Assembly (NCBI RefSeq): GCF_009914755.1
Contig: NC_060931.1
Length of the DNA: 64,000 bases
DNA from: the human T2T-CHM13v2.0 reference genome, Homo sapiens
Direction: 5' to 3' (one strand)
In this document: positions 28,656 to 41,606 of the stretch, one piece after another
How positions within the stretch are numbered: the first letter of the stretch is position 1
How the letters are laid out: every line of letters starts with the position of its first letter
Program-made: the position numbers and the translations under genes
Notes under the pieces: model-generated
Seen by the model: only the letters and a program-made list of their open reading frames with translations
Databases searched by the model: none
Told to the model about the DNA's origin: nothing

Positions 28656-31030
28656 CAAAAACTCTTAACATTATTTTAAATTTACATAACAAGTATTACC
28701 TTTATGGCACTTTTCTTGGTCATCTTAACTATGCCTTTATGTACAATCTTTTTCCTTTAAGCCTAAAGTCTCAGCTCCGAGCTTTTCAGATATAAATTTT
28801 CTACCTTGTTTCACCTAACAGTCATCCCTAGAAATGCAAATTTAGGGCTGCCTAGCTAACAATTGCTTAGGGCAATGAAACAGGTAATTGGAAGATTAAT
28901 AGTCTGAATAGGGAAATAAAAACTATTTGAAAGCCAGCAAATGAGAATTACTTGTAAAAGCTATAAGCTCTGCTTCTCCATGTGTCTGTATGTTGATATG
29001 TATTATGTGTATAATATTTGGCAAATAAAGCTAGCTTTAAAATTGTTGATAAGATAGAAATGGCTTCAGAATTGTTAGTTAAATATAATTCAGATATTTT
29101 TGGCTAGATCTACTGGTCAAATAGGTTTATGCTATCTCTACATGTTTTTAAGGGCATAAAACTGCTGCTTCTATAATACTTTATATACTTTCTTAATTTG
29201 TCTGTAATATTTTGTTCTTGGTTTTGAGCCTCTGGATTCTGGGGTCTGGATAGGTGGCCATAGTGAGGCCTGAGGACATGTTATCAGTGGCCAGACCACC
29301 AATTACTAGGCAGAGTCAAGCCCAAGATGAGCCCCTTCTTCCTTGGCCCAGCTTTGTCTCCTAGCCATGCTGAAAGGGTTTGGATCTCCCAGGCATCATC
29401 TTCACAGGTGTCTTCTGTCTTGAGCTCTACATTTGGTATGTAAATTCAAGACCCAAATAGGCCCTGCCCTTCAAAGCCATCCTGGATACGATGTGACTAC
29501 TTGAGACTCAGAACAACTGAGGAAAATATTAGCAGGAGAGTACCTGTGTCATTGGCAGGAGAGTACCTGTTTCAAAGTTCTTTTCCATAATTTAAAATCT
29601 TAAAGTTATGCTATATTGAATTAATAAGCATAAATGTCTGAATCATTTCTAAGTAAGTTAAAATACTGAAACATTAATTAGTAAACATAAATTTAAGTTT
29701 ATATATTTTGGCATCTTATTTTTAGATGGTATAGAAAAGCTACATATATTTACATCTATTAATAAACTTGAGAAAACCTATCTAAAAAGTTATGAAATAG
29801 TTTTCATCTACAATTATTGATATAGAACAGTTCAAAACTACTTCCTAGGCTTTCACTAGAAATTAGGGTTACTAGTAGTTAAAACTGTAGTTAATATATG
29901 TAATTGAAACTAATAGATATAAAAAACAATTTTGTATATAGTGTCTAAAGAAAAGCAAAGTATTTTTCGGTAAGGAAAGTTGTAAAGGCATGAAAATGTG
30001 TGTTGAGAAAAAAAATAATTTTGTCTAGAAGCTGAAGATTGTTTCAAATTGAAGGAATAAAAAAGAAAGATAAATGAATAAAGTTGGAAAGAATAAAAAA
30101 ATTGTAAGAGATTATAAAAAGTTTATGGAAATTTTCTGTGGTCAAAAGATGACAAATTGGACAGATCTGTTTATAAGGTTTTATTAGCTTAGTGTTGATA
30201 ATACACTATGCAAAAGTAAAATTTGGTTTTCCCTTTTGAACAAGAATTTTCATGTAGTATTATTAATAAGAGGTAGTAAAAGACTTTTGTTCACCTTTTG
30301 AGTAAACTGCAAAAGAGAGACAGAGGAGAGAAGGAGACAGATTCTGTCTCATGCTGTCTTTCTCAGATCTGTTGATTGGAAAACTGAGTCTCCCCTCTAT
30401 CAAAGAAGAAAGGTTTTTGCTTTCTAACCCCTTTTATCACTTTGGCTAAATGAATATTATCTTACAATGCCTTGTGATCCTATTTTGATTATTTTAAGCC
30501 TTTGACATATTTGACAGCCTTCCCAAAATCAAATTTCAAATTGTCTTTTTTTGTTGTTACCTCAAACTAACTTTGGGATGCTACAGAGGGCCCCTGCAGC
30601 ATCCAAAAGACAGAGAAACAGGATTATTTGCTATGTTAAGTTTATAAGCGAGTAAAATCCTAGAGTATCATGCCTTCAAGGAGATTCATGAAAAGGATGG
30701 AAAGGACCCTGACAAGCACTCTTGAATGCGAAGTTTCTGATGTCTTTAGGATCATATCGTTTAGACTGGGTATGAATTACCAGCACTCTAATGAACACAC
30801 TGACTGGCTTATGAAACTGATAATCCAATTAGGATAAAAATTAATTGAATACCAAGGAACTACTCTGCCAGATCTTCAAGCTAAGTCAGCCAGTACTGAA
30901 ATTGTTTTGATATGTAGTTTAGATGAATTCCATGATCCAAGTCAAATTTACCTATGATAACCCATCTAATAAACAGTGCTATGCACGTGAATTGGAGAAA
31001 CAAAACTGATATTTAAGAAGACATAAATCT

Positions 31031-31545
31031 TCCATTTTGCAGCTATCACTGAAGCAGCAATCGCCAAAATGAAGTTCAATCCCTTTGCGACTTCCAACCG
31101 AAACAAGAACCACAAAAGGCATTTCAATGCACCTTCCCACATTTACAGGAAGACTATGTCTTCCCCTCTTTCCAAAGAGCTGAGACAGAAGTACAACGTG
31201 TGATCCATGCCCATCCGAAAGGATGATGAAGTTCAGGTTGTACGAGGACACTATAAAGGTTAGCCAATTGGCAGAGTAGTCCAGGTTTACAGGAAGAAAT
31301 ATGTCCTCTACGTCGAACGGGTGCAGTGGGAAAAGGCTAATGGCACAACTGTCCATGTAGGCATTCACCCCAGCAAGGTGGTTATCACTAGGCTAAAACT
31401 GGACATAGACCGCAAAAAGATTCTTGAACAGAAAGCCAAATCTCACCAAGTAGGAAAAGGGCAAATACAAGGAAGAAACAATTGAGAAGATGCAGGAATA
31501 AAGTAATCTTATATACAAGCTTTAAAACTTGAAATGAAAAACAAA
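31031..31545 (+). pseudogene. Full-length processed pseudogene of ribosomal protein L26 (RPL26)
   Basis: ATG 31069 [24 protein letters not shown]...EKMQE-TAA 31501; intronless; stops at 31201 (TGA) and 31261 (TAG); frameshift near 31455; decayed poly(A); 16-bp TSD 31015-30 / 31546-61 with 2 mismatches. Confidence 0.96.
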
Positions 31546-33753
31546 AGGAAGATATAAATCTAATGTTAAGGATGGACTCATGGAGCCTGGACAGATGCCT
31601 GGTCCTTCCTGAATCCTTAAAGCTTCCATTACTAAAAGCTCTACACTCCAAGGCCCATCATGGAAGAGGTAAGATGATCCAAATAGAATATTGGCATGTT
31701 CTAAATTGCTAAAATAGTTTATGCCCAATGTTTGGTTTGTCAAATCTACAATCCTGGGAAGGCAATCAAAACTTCATGTACATTTCTGCTACATTATAGG
31801 CCACTGAAACATTTTTAGAGGGATTTCATTCCATTGCCATTTTCAATGCATGTTTTCTGATTGTATAGAAGCTTTTCCATTCAAAAAGTCTCGTGCTGTA
31901 ACAGTAGACAAAAGGTTATTAGGAAACATGTTTCTCTCATGGGACATACCTGGAAAGATTGCTAGTGATAGAGGTACTTGTTTCATCAGACAAGTTGTAA
32001 AACAATGAGATAAGGTATCATAGGTACAATCACATTAGGCAAAGCTAACTGAATTGACTGGATTTCCTTGGTCTAAAGTACTGCGGATTGATGACAGATC
32101 CACTTCCATGTGCAAAACGTTAAGTTGATCCCTTATGCAATAGTCACTGAAGGCCTATGCTCCTAATAATAAAACCTCACACATCTTCTCCTCCTAAGCT
32201 CTGATATGACTAAGTGCTGCAAGGCTTTAATGCATTATGCCCAAGTCTATTTTCACCAGGTAAAGAAAGCTTTCCATGGTCCACTGAGGACAAACCCTAC
32301 ATGATCTAAAGCCTAGAAACTGACTCTTCTGGAAACATCATCAGGGAAAGACTGCCCCTGCCACTTACACTGCAGCAAAACTTCAGCACCTTGAGCCTTG
32401 GGTTTACAATCTCACAGCTGAAATGGGCCCCTCCAGACTCTTCAATCTATACACTTGTTGGAGACCTTAAGGTAAAGCTAACCAGGAAAGTTTCTCCCTA
32501 AAAGCAGACAGCATCCTAGATGTGGACAGCTTTCCCAAGATCATGGATCAATACTTTTCTGCTATCATGAGACTCTTATCTCTCAATAGTTCCTTTGCTT
32601 GTGCCTCTATGAATAGAACTGCAGAAGGGGTCTCTCCTGTGTACTTGTGGGGTATACTTTTATTTGCGGAGAATTTCATAGTCAACATTAAACATGAACA
32701 ACCTTATTGTACATCAATTTTAACAAATATAGCATACAAATGGCAAATAGGGGAAACTGTTGCAAGGAGAGGGAGCTCTCTGTATTATTTGTTCAATTTA
32801 TCTGTAAAATTTATTAAGAAAATAAATCTATTAATTAAAAAAATTATCTGGATGTGATCAGGAAACATCCTGTCTCTTGATATATTTAACATATTAGAGC
32901 ATCAGCTGATTCAATTTTTAGAGACATTCAGCTTTAGCCAAAGTGGTTGAAACCAGTATATGTATTTATTTCCCAGGTTATTTTAGAGTTTCTACTAATA
33001 ACCTGACATTTATGCTTTTACAAACCTGTCAAAACTTTCAATTAAGGCAGAAAAATCACAAATGTCTGAAAGGAGTCCACATTACCCAAACACCTTTCAT
33101 ACAATCAGTATGCCTAACAGCTTTTGGCAACATTTTTGAAGTGTCTGGTATCTGGTGATCACAGTGTAGATAGCAAGAATATCTCCATCGTGTCAGATAT
33201 TAAGGCATAGTAGGACATTATTCTTTACCACAGTGATAAATTACTTCTAAGTATATTGAATTCAACAACAAAGAATGAATTTGCTCCATTTTTTAATTCG
33301 GAAAACAGTTTTTAAAGGCTCGCTTGTTATACCCGTGACTTTAAATTATAGAGTAAGAATGAAAACAAGATTTCTCCTCTCTTCTCCAGTGTCGGAAGTG
33401 TTTTCATCAGTGTTTCTCTACTACTATTTTAATGTTGACAGGAATGATGTCATCATGATATGTCTGCCACAGGTATTTTTTTAAATGCATTTTATCAGAG
33501 GAGTGGAAACAACTCATCCTAAGCCCTTTTTCATTATTAAAGACAAAACAGAACTATAATATAATCTCTAGGAAAAAAAAAAAAAAAACACTTCAGTAAG
33601 TTCCCACAAGTATACCTGAGTCTTTACAGCAACTGCTGCTACAAAACACTCGGAGAGATTGGCAAATTTCCAAACAATTGCTGGACATCACATACTGCAT
33701 AATATAGGCAATGACTTAGAATTATTTGAAAAAATAATCTGGGTGGAAGCAAG

Positions 33754-34107
33754 GGTGTTAGTTTGTTCTCATGCTGCTAATAAAGACATACCCGGGACTG
33801 CATAATTTATAAAGGAAAGAGGTTTAATTGACTCACAGTTCCACATGGCTGGGAGGGCTCAAAATCATGGTGGAACAGGAAGCAAGACAGGTCTTATATG
33901 GCAGCAGGCAAGACAGAGCTTGCGCAGGGCCACTCCAATGTATAAAACCATCAGATCTTGTGAGACTTATTCACTACCACAAGAATAGTATGGGGGAAAC
34001 TGTCCCTATGATTGAATTCTCTCCACCTGGCCCTGCCCTTGACACATGGGGATTACTTACTACAATTCAAGGTGAGATTTGTGTGGGGACACAGCCAAAC
34101 CACATCA
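33754..34107 (-). mobile_element. THE1-type solo LTR
   Basis: gctaataaagacataccc...acacagccaaaccacatca; 5-bp TSD GCAAG. Confidence 0.9.
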
Positions 34108-34148
34108 GCAAGTTAGGAATAGAAATTGATAATAAATATACAAGTGTG

Positions 34149-34312
34149 GGAGGAGGGATAGCATTGGGAGATATACCTCATGCCAGATGACGTGTTAGTG
34201 GGTGCAGCGCACCAGCATGGCACATGTATACATATGTAACTAACCTGCACATTGTGCACATGTACCCTAAAACTTAAAGAATAATAATAAAGAAAGAAAA
34301 AATAAATAAATA
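34149..34312 (+). mobile_element. Young, very short L1PA2/3-type 3' end
   Basis: gggatagcattgggagatatacct...taccctaaaacttaaag; perfect 18-bp TSD aataaatatacaagtgtg (34131-48 / 34313-30). Confidence 0.92.
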
Positions 34313-34696
34313 AATAAATATACAAGTGTGAGTAGAAAGTTAAAGGTAATACAGAAGATTAAGAAAAATAAATGGAGAGATGGTTTTGGTGAAGGTTAAA
34401 ATTGAGAACTAAATTAAAGATGAACCCCATGCCACCAATTTCTGCTCCTTAGGTTTGTTTTAGATGTCAAGGACTGTGTTAAGAGAGACAAGAGTCAAAT
34501 AGGCACTGAGTAGGCTTTGAGAATATTTTGTACATAACAAAGGAGAAATGTGAGAGCATTAAGATACTAAAATGTGAGAAGGATATTGAACTAAGAACCA
34601 TTCTGACCCTGCCTAGGCTTTCATTAGTGCAGTGTTTAGAGACTAGGCAGGTGGGCAAATTCAAATATTATGGGTATGATACATTAAGAATCCATA

Positions 34697-35116
<420 letters not shown>

Positions 35117-35879
35117 CTATTCTAGTATTTGAACACTTTCTGTGAATTGCGCTCTACACAAGCAAAATATAAGATTTTCCCTTCATATCAATGTCTTCCA
35201 CTTAAATAGTCCGCTATTGCCATCCATCTTGGGCTGCTCTTCCTTGGATAAGCACAGGTATCATCACTCTTTTTGTGATAATGTTTATACAACAGATCTC
35301 TTAGAGTACCACCCGCAGCTTTCTTCTTAAGCACAGTGGAGTACAGAAGTGCATCTTAATCAGCCAAGTACACTGGTGCCCTTCTCCTTGTGACTAAGCA
35401 CCTCAACATCCTTAACATCATGCACCTCTAATTTTCTCTTCCGTCTCCACTATTCCTAGGACATTCAATTAGTGGTTTTGAAATTCTAAAACAATCATGT
35501 GGGTGCTTACACAAATGGCACTGAACAGCACCATGGAGAATGTACTCAATAGCAGTTTTCTGAAGATGTAAACATGCTTTGTATACATGCAGTTTCTCAG
35601 GCCCATCTCAAAAAAACAAAAAAACTTTTTTAAAACAAAAGGCATAATGTTAAAATACAAATCATTGATAACATGGTTTTGGGGACAAGATAGGTTGACT
35701 ATATTTTTAATTATCCCTATCCAAGAATGTTGCATTCTGATCATCTAACTCATTTCAACAGAACACACTATCTTGAAGAATGAATGTATTCTTCAAATAT
35801 CAACTATGTTAGCTTTGTTTTTGTCAAGAATTAGAAAGCAATAAGGTTAAATTTTCAGTCAAGCCTATACTTAACACAA

Positions 35880-36065
35880 ATCGATTGCACATTTCAAAAT
35901 AGCTAGAATAATTTGAATGTTCCTAGTGTAAATAGAAGATAAATATTTAAGGGGATGGATATCCCAATTACCCTGATTTGATTTTATGAATTTATCGAAT
36001 TATCACGTTATCCAAAAACATGTTCATCTAATATGTATCAATAAAAAATAAATTTAAAAATAAAA
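35880..36065 (+). mobile_element. L1MA 3' end fragment
   Basis: catttcaaaatagctaga...gatggatatcccaattaccctgatttga then A-rich tail. Confidence 0.7.
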
Positions 36066-36089
36066 AATTCACAATATTCTTCGTGGCTA

Positions 36090-38390
36090 ACTGAAGAATG
36101 ACCAATTTATTTTGAATAGAAAACATGCAGACAGAAAAACTATCATGAAAATTTAAACATGTGAACAGAGGGTAGGAATTTTAAAACGGTAATTTTTCTT
36201 AGAACTTTAAAGTTCAAGAAAAATACCTTAAAACCAACATAAAGAATAGCAGGCACTGTACTAAGCAGTTCACCCACAGTATCATGTTTTAATCTCACCA
36301 CAGCCATAAGGCGGTAATAGCATGCATAGATATCATTCCAATTTTTCCTGTTGCAAGTAACAGAAAACCAGACCCCATCTGGCTGAAGCCAGTAAGAGAA
36401 AAGACTAACAGGAGGGCCAGCCTCAGGACTCAAATACGTCACCAGGACATGGGTTGCGTCCCAGTCTCAGCTCTGCCAGTTCCTGTAGAACCCTCCTTCC
36501 AAGGTTCACAGGGTGGCTACCATAGCTTCAGGCCCTCACCTCATGATAAGACAGCAATACAACTGCCATTTCATGTCTGTTGCTGTTTCTACATTCAGTT
36601 AGAATTAAATAAATTTTCCAGTAGCACCCACAAAAATACTGAGTCCACCTGGTTGGCCTACCTAGATATATCGCCAGCCCTGATCAAGTCACTGGTCACG
36701 GGCCTGGATTTTCTGGTTCGCTTAGGCTAATCATACGTCCCATCCCAGGACTGAAGAAGTACCAGGGCTGTTGCTGGAGAGTGGCTAATGTCCCCTTTAC
36801 AAATAAGGAGCTCATGGTTTAGGAAGATGAGCTTGCCAAAAATCACACACTTGTAAAATAAGTCAAAATTTGAACTTAAGTCTACTTATCTGAGCCCAAA
36901 GTCTTACAACCATTTATGGCTGTTATCCTAACACCTACGTCGCGGAACGGAAGAGTCCTAAGACTGCAAAGACCCTTCCTTTTCTTCTAGATCCAGTCTA
37001 AGTTGGTTGGTAATTTCTTTAGACCCTGCTTTCAGGGAAGTTTAAAAAAAATTACTTGCATTTGTATATTTTCCTTGTATTTTCGGCCAAATTTCTTCTA
37101 ATTAAAGTACAACATAAGTTGAACCAACACAATAATTGTCATATTAAGAAAAGATAAAACAAACTTTACTCATTTCTGCTTCTGGGCATGGAGTGTGAGG
37201 GACCAGACTTAAGTTCTCAAACAACTACAAAATCAGACCAAAAAATACAATGGTTTCCAGGCACCGGACGACAGGCAGTGCAGGGCTGTGATCCTTAAGA
37301 GAAGGGAAGCAGCGAGCCAGAGTATCCAGGCCACAACCCAAATGGAGGCCAAGAGAGGAACAGCAGAGGATACAGAGGGAGGGTTCCAGGGGCCAAGACG
37401 CAATCCGAGGGGAAGCCCTTCCGGGGAGAGCTGGAGTCCTGGGGTGGCCTTCTCGAGTCTTCCCGAGCAGGTCTGTGCAGCGAGGAAACATCCGAGGCTG
37501 GAGTGAGCCACGCGGAGGAGGAAGAACAGCCCGAGCTCACAGGGGCGGGGAAGAGTTCTAGCTCGCGACAGCCCCTGGGAGGAACCCTGCACTATTTGTG
37601 GCGTCGAGTAAAGCACCGGAAGGCTCTGCTCAGGAGCGTGAACGACACCGCCCGCTGCAAGCCTGGAAAGGAACGCGTTGCCTCAATTCACTCCGATGTG
37701 TCACACACGCGGCTCAGTCACCTAGGGAGCAGGAAAAGGCCAGCGGGCCACGCAGGGCTCACCCGGGCCTGCATCCAAACGCAAACGGCCAGGCCCACGA
37801 AGCAGGAAACACAACCCGCAACGAGAAGCAAAGGGATCCACAGAGAAGGGCCAGGAGTCACGGACGACGCCAGGCAGTCGGCGCCTGCGCTTCCGCGAGC
37901 CAAGACGCCTGAGCGGCGCGGGGGGATCGGGGGATCCCCCAGAAAACTGCCCTCGACTAACAGCGCAGCGAAGGGGCGGTGCGCTCGAGACCCTGGAACG
38001 GGAACGACCACAGCCACCGCAGGGAAACAACCGGGGCCCAGGCCCAGGTGGGCGGGCGGCTGAGGAGCGTGGCTGCGCCCACAAAGCCGCCGGGGGCTGC
38101 GGACTACAGCGAAGCCGGCGCGGGGCTCGGCCCTCACTACACGAGGCCTGGGCGCCTGCACGCCCCCGTGCTTCAGCCCGCGGCTCCCGAACACCCCCGC
38201 CAGGCGATCCCCAAAAACGCCCGCTGCGCGAGCCTCGACGGGAACGCACCTGCGTCTAGACGCTGACGCCGTGCGCGGGGCGGGGGCCGGCGAGCATGCG
38301 CAGTGTGGTGTGGACAGGGCGTGGTTGGCAAGCATGCGCAATGTGGGCCGGGCGGGGCTGGCGAGCATGCGCAGTATGGGGCGGGGCGGG
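36090..38390 (-). ncRNA. RNF32-DT: Divergent, apparently unspliced transcript RNF32-DT (C7orf13/LINC01006 locus); ends approximate
   Basis: Head-to-head with RNF32 from the shared island; minus-strand AATAAA (tttatt at 36106-11) gives about 2.3 kb; contains the ORF I recognise as C7orf13. Confidence 0.6.
37718..38368 (-). CDS. C7orf13: Putative 216-aa C7orf13/MY040 ORF; coding status doubtful
   Basis: First ATG of ORF 37718..38407 is at 38368, leaving 216 codons; GC-driven Arg/Pro/Ala/Gly composition; one hydrophobic C-terminal segment. Confidence 0.35.
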   Translation of the reverse strand: MLASPARPTLRMLANHALSTPHCACSPAPAPRTASASRRRCVPVEARAAGVFGDRLAGVFGSRGLKHGGVQAPRPRVVRAEPRAGFAVVRSPRRLCGRSHAPQPPAHLGLGPGCFPAVAVVVPVPGSRAHRPFAALLVEGSFLGDPPIPPRRSGVLARGSAGADCLASSVTPGPSLWIPLLLVAGCVSCFVGLAVCVWMQARVSPAWPAGLFLLPR

Positions 38391-38436
38391 GCAGGGCTGG
38401 TGAGCAAGCCCGCGGGGAGCGAGCGCGGAGGCGGGC

Positions 38437-38450
38437 GTTGCTACGGCAAC
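38437..38450. promoter_or_regulatory. RFX X-box GTTGCTACGGCAAC
   Basis: Palindromic arms CGTTGC/GCAACG, close to consensus GTTGCCATGGCAAC, at the promoter core. Confidence 0.8.
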
Positions 38451-39850
38451 GGTGGGCGGCCAGGGAGTTGCCTGAGGGAAAAGGGGCAGACGTCCCTGGG
38501 TTCCGGTGTTCGCGGAGGAGTCGAGGCACGGAGAGGCTTCGGGGGAGGGACGGAAAGAAGGGTGGCCCGCCAGGCGGGCGGGGTCCATGGATTCGGGGTG
38601 AGGGCCGTCCGCGGCCTCGCTTTCGCCTCCTCCGAGCCGGGCCGGCGATGGCCGCAGCTGTGAGGCGAGGTCGGGTCCCGTAGCGGCGCGCAGCCTCCTT
38701 GGGGGACTCGGGGTCCTGGTTAGTTTCCACAGCTCCTTCTATCTGAGGGGTACGAATTTACGGCTGCCTAAAGCCTTAGAACAGTGATCCCACGTCGGTA
38801 ATTTTAGAACCCGGTAGGACCGGCTGCCATCAGGGGCCCCAGGTGCAGGGTGGTGTCAGCTTTGAGAGGAATTGGAGCCTCGTCACCGCGCGCTTCCTGC
38901 ATGAGTGGAACCTCAGAAAACGGTCAGCGGGGTTCAGAAGGCAGGAGATAACACCAAGACCCTACGTAGGATTGCATCTTTACGTCGTAGGCTTGGTCTC
39001 GTGTATTTTTATTGAGCGTGTTTAATTAGCTGAGGTTACTCGCTTTGGCACCCCAGTGATCGTTTTTGCCACCAAGCTCTGCCTCTTGAGCGTTTAATAC
39101 TGGGATTTACAAAGCAACGGGTTCCTGTTAATCTTAGCTTTCAATACTGGGCAAGGGTTACGTTTCTAACCCTACCAGTGCCGCAGGCTCATTATATATT
39201 GAAGGACTCACCTGGTATTTGGTTTTCTCATTTATAAAGTGGAGTTGGAGTAGGTACTTGAAGGGTTTTCAATACCTTTAAATTCTGAATTTTAAACTCT
39301 AAAACTTAATGATACCGTAGGACTTTAAGAGAGTATAGGTTTTAAAAGCTCTTACCTTGATATTAATGACAGTGGTCTACTGTGTAGAAACTTGAGATTA
39401 AATTGCAGACTGCAGCTATGACCGGACCATTTTTAGTGTGATGCAAACTGTATCTTCTGCAGGTTATAGGCATTTTGGAAGCAGGAACTGAGAAAATTCT
39501 GGCAGTGATCTTTCAGTATTTTAAATTCCACCATTTCTCCAAGTTCAGTTGTCTTGATGAGATACAGGGTGGAACTTATTTCAAACATCTCTTGATGCCA
39601 GAATTGAACGGGAACAGAAAAGGGCTGTAGTAAGAACCATCATCAAAGCCTCCAGGACTTGAGCAGCGACTGACGTTTTTACTTCTAACCCTGGATATCT
39701 CAGAGATTTGGTTCCACTGTGCTTTTCTATCTCTCCACTCACGCCTTAGTGAGTTTGTTCTTTCGGTTGGAGTAATTTAATACAAGTGTTAGTCCTTAGA
39801 AATACATTTTGGATTAATTTCTTTCTATTTTTAGAGTTAGGCCCTCAACA

Positions 39851-40641
39851 CAGTAAGTCTTCACTTAACATCATCCATAGGTTCTTAGAAACTGGAGCTT
39901 TAAGCCATGCAGTGTACAAGGAAACCAGTTTCACCATAGGTTAATTGATATAAATAAGAGGAAAGTTCCCACAGCACATTCCTGGTCACAAAAACATCGC
40001 CAAACTTCTAAATAAAGACCAAAGCACTTCTAATATGAAACACTGAAGTACATATGAGCTCTACATTTAAGAAATATCATTACCCAATTTCTGGTGAATC
40101 CATGAGTGACCGGGTTGTGGAGGGGCTGTGTTAAAGATAATGTTGGCCAAGCCAAAGCTCTGAAGCACCTCCCCCTACCATGCAGTTTCAAAACAAACAG
40201 GAGCCACTTCTCAGCCCGCTGGGCCTTTCTTACTGCATCGGGTATTGTCCTGCATCTCTGTGTGAATACCGTATGCTTTACGAGTTTTTATTTGACAATA
40301 ATTTGTATCCTTTCATTTTCCAACCTGCTTATTCCAGTTCAGGGTGGCAGGGGGCTGAGCCCATCCAGGCAGCTCAGGACCAAGGCGGGCAACAGTCCTG
40401 GAGAGGACGGCATCCCATGGCAGGGCACACTCACACTCACTCAGACGGGGACGCCCCAGTGAGCCTCACGTGCACAGCTTTGGGATGTGGGAGGAACCCG
40501 GGGTACCTGGAGGAAACCCACAGCACATGGGGAGGACGTGCAAACTCCAAACAGACAGTGGCCCCTGCTGGGGATCAATTTTTTTTCTCATCAGCGTTAT
40601 AGGGAAACAACATTAGAAGAAATATGTTCAAGGGCCTTCTG
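39851..40641. mobile_element. MER6-type Tigger family DNA transposon
   Basis: cagtaagtcttcacttaac terminus; internal tttgggatgtgggaggaacccg...tgcaaactcca. Confidence 0.7.
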
Positions 40642-41591
40642 TGCCAGTTCCTAGATTACTTGAATAACTTTCTATTTCTCCTCATCACAGTATATTTTGA
40701 ATACATCTGTCTTCATAAAATACACCATGTCCAAAATCTAAAAGGGCCAATTCCAAATTATTCCACCAGCTTTGAAGGGAATTGAAGCAAGAATAACAAG
40801 AGTAAGTTCTGTGTGAAAAGACCTACTTTAGATACTTCAAAGGTTGTCTCATTAATCCTTGCGGCAACCCTGCAAAGCCAGCGTTATTATACCTGCTTTA
40901 TAGATGAGGAGCCTGGGGCTCAGCTGTGTCCAGTATCTTGCGCAGCAAAGCGGTAGAGTTCAATTGGAACTCAAGTTGGTCTGTCCCCATATTCTGTACT
41001 TCTGTGTTCTGGACAGACTGAAGTTAGCCAGTGTTCCTCTTGCGTTCCAGTTTCTTCATTGTTCCCTTTCTCCCCAAAATAAGCATATCATGCTGATTTC
41101 CAGCCTGCCAGTTCTTTCCTCCTACCTGTAATGTGCCATCTTCATTTCCCTCTGTGTATCTTTCAAATGCCAGTTTAACTGGTTTTTCCAAGTCTCCAGT
41201 GTTAGCCTGAAGTTTTGTAGTACTTATGTATCATGTTATATTTAGCAATGGATTAATTCATAGTAATTAACCATTTGTATTAATGTGTCCTCAGGAGCTC
41301 AGGGGTGAACTATTTGAGGACAGGGATGAGTCGAAGCATAACTGACTTGAGTTCACCCCCTTCCTCCAGAACCAGAATGTGTAGCTTAGTGCCACCCTGT
41401 AGCAGGCATTCCTGCTGCTTCAGGATCTGTTAGACTCTTACAGAGCATCCTCACAAACTTCATGGTTTTTCTGTGCACTGTAACTTTGACTTTCTGTTGA
41501 CCACGTCTTTGCAGCAGAAGAATAGAAGGAAGGTGATAGGATGTGATGATAGAATTTGTGATAGCCAAGCAACAACTTTTCCTAATTCGGC

Positions 41592-41606
41592 ATGTTAAAA
41601 AATAAG
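41592..41606 (+). CDS. RNF32: RNF32 first coding exon, coding part (MLKNK); exon acceptor at about 41515/41518
   Basis: ATG TTA AAA AAT AAG followed by GT donor at 41607; joins in frame to [10 protein letters not shown]; matches the RNF32 N-terminus as I recall it. Confidence 0.92.

Larger units (their letters stand above)
37500..38900. promoter_or_regulatory. CpG island, bidirectional promoter of RNF32 and RNF32-DT; contains the non-coding RNF32 first exon (boundaries not resolved)
   Basis: Very high CpG and GC content; GCATGCGCA at 38294, 38332 and 38365; GGGGCGGGG boxes; X-box at 38437; about 3 kb upstream of the ATG exon. Confidence 0.9.

Noticed and set aside
29532-29570. 16-bp direct repeat with 23-bp period, and a similar one at 28497-28550
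   Set aside because: Ordinary slippage duplications inside ERV sequence; not a CRISPR-like array.
31069-31501. Functional RPL26 retrogene
   Set aside because: Two premature stops and a frameshift; ORF 30979..31368 is only its antisense shadow.
40770-40801. Possible extra RNF32 5' UTR exon (ccaccag acceptor, A|GTAAGT donor)
   Set aside because: Weak pyrimidine tract and no transcript evidence available from sequence alone.
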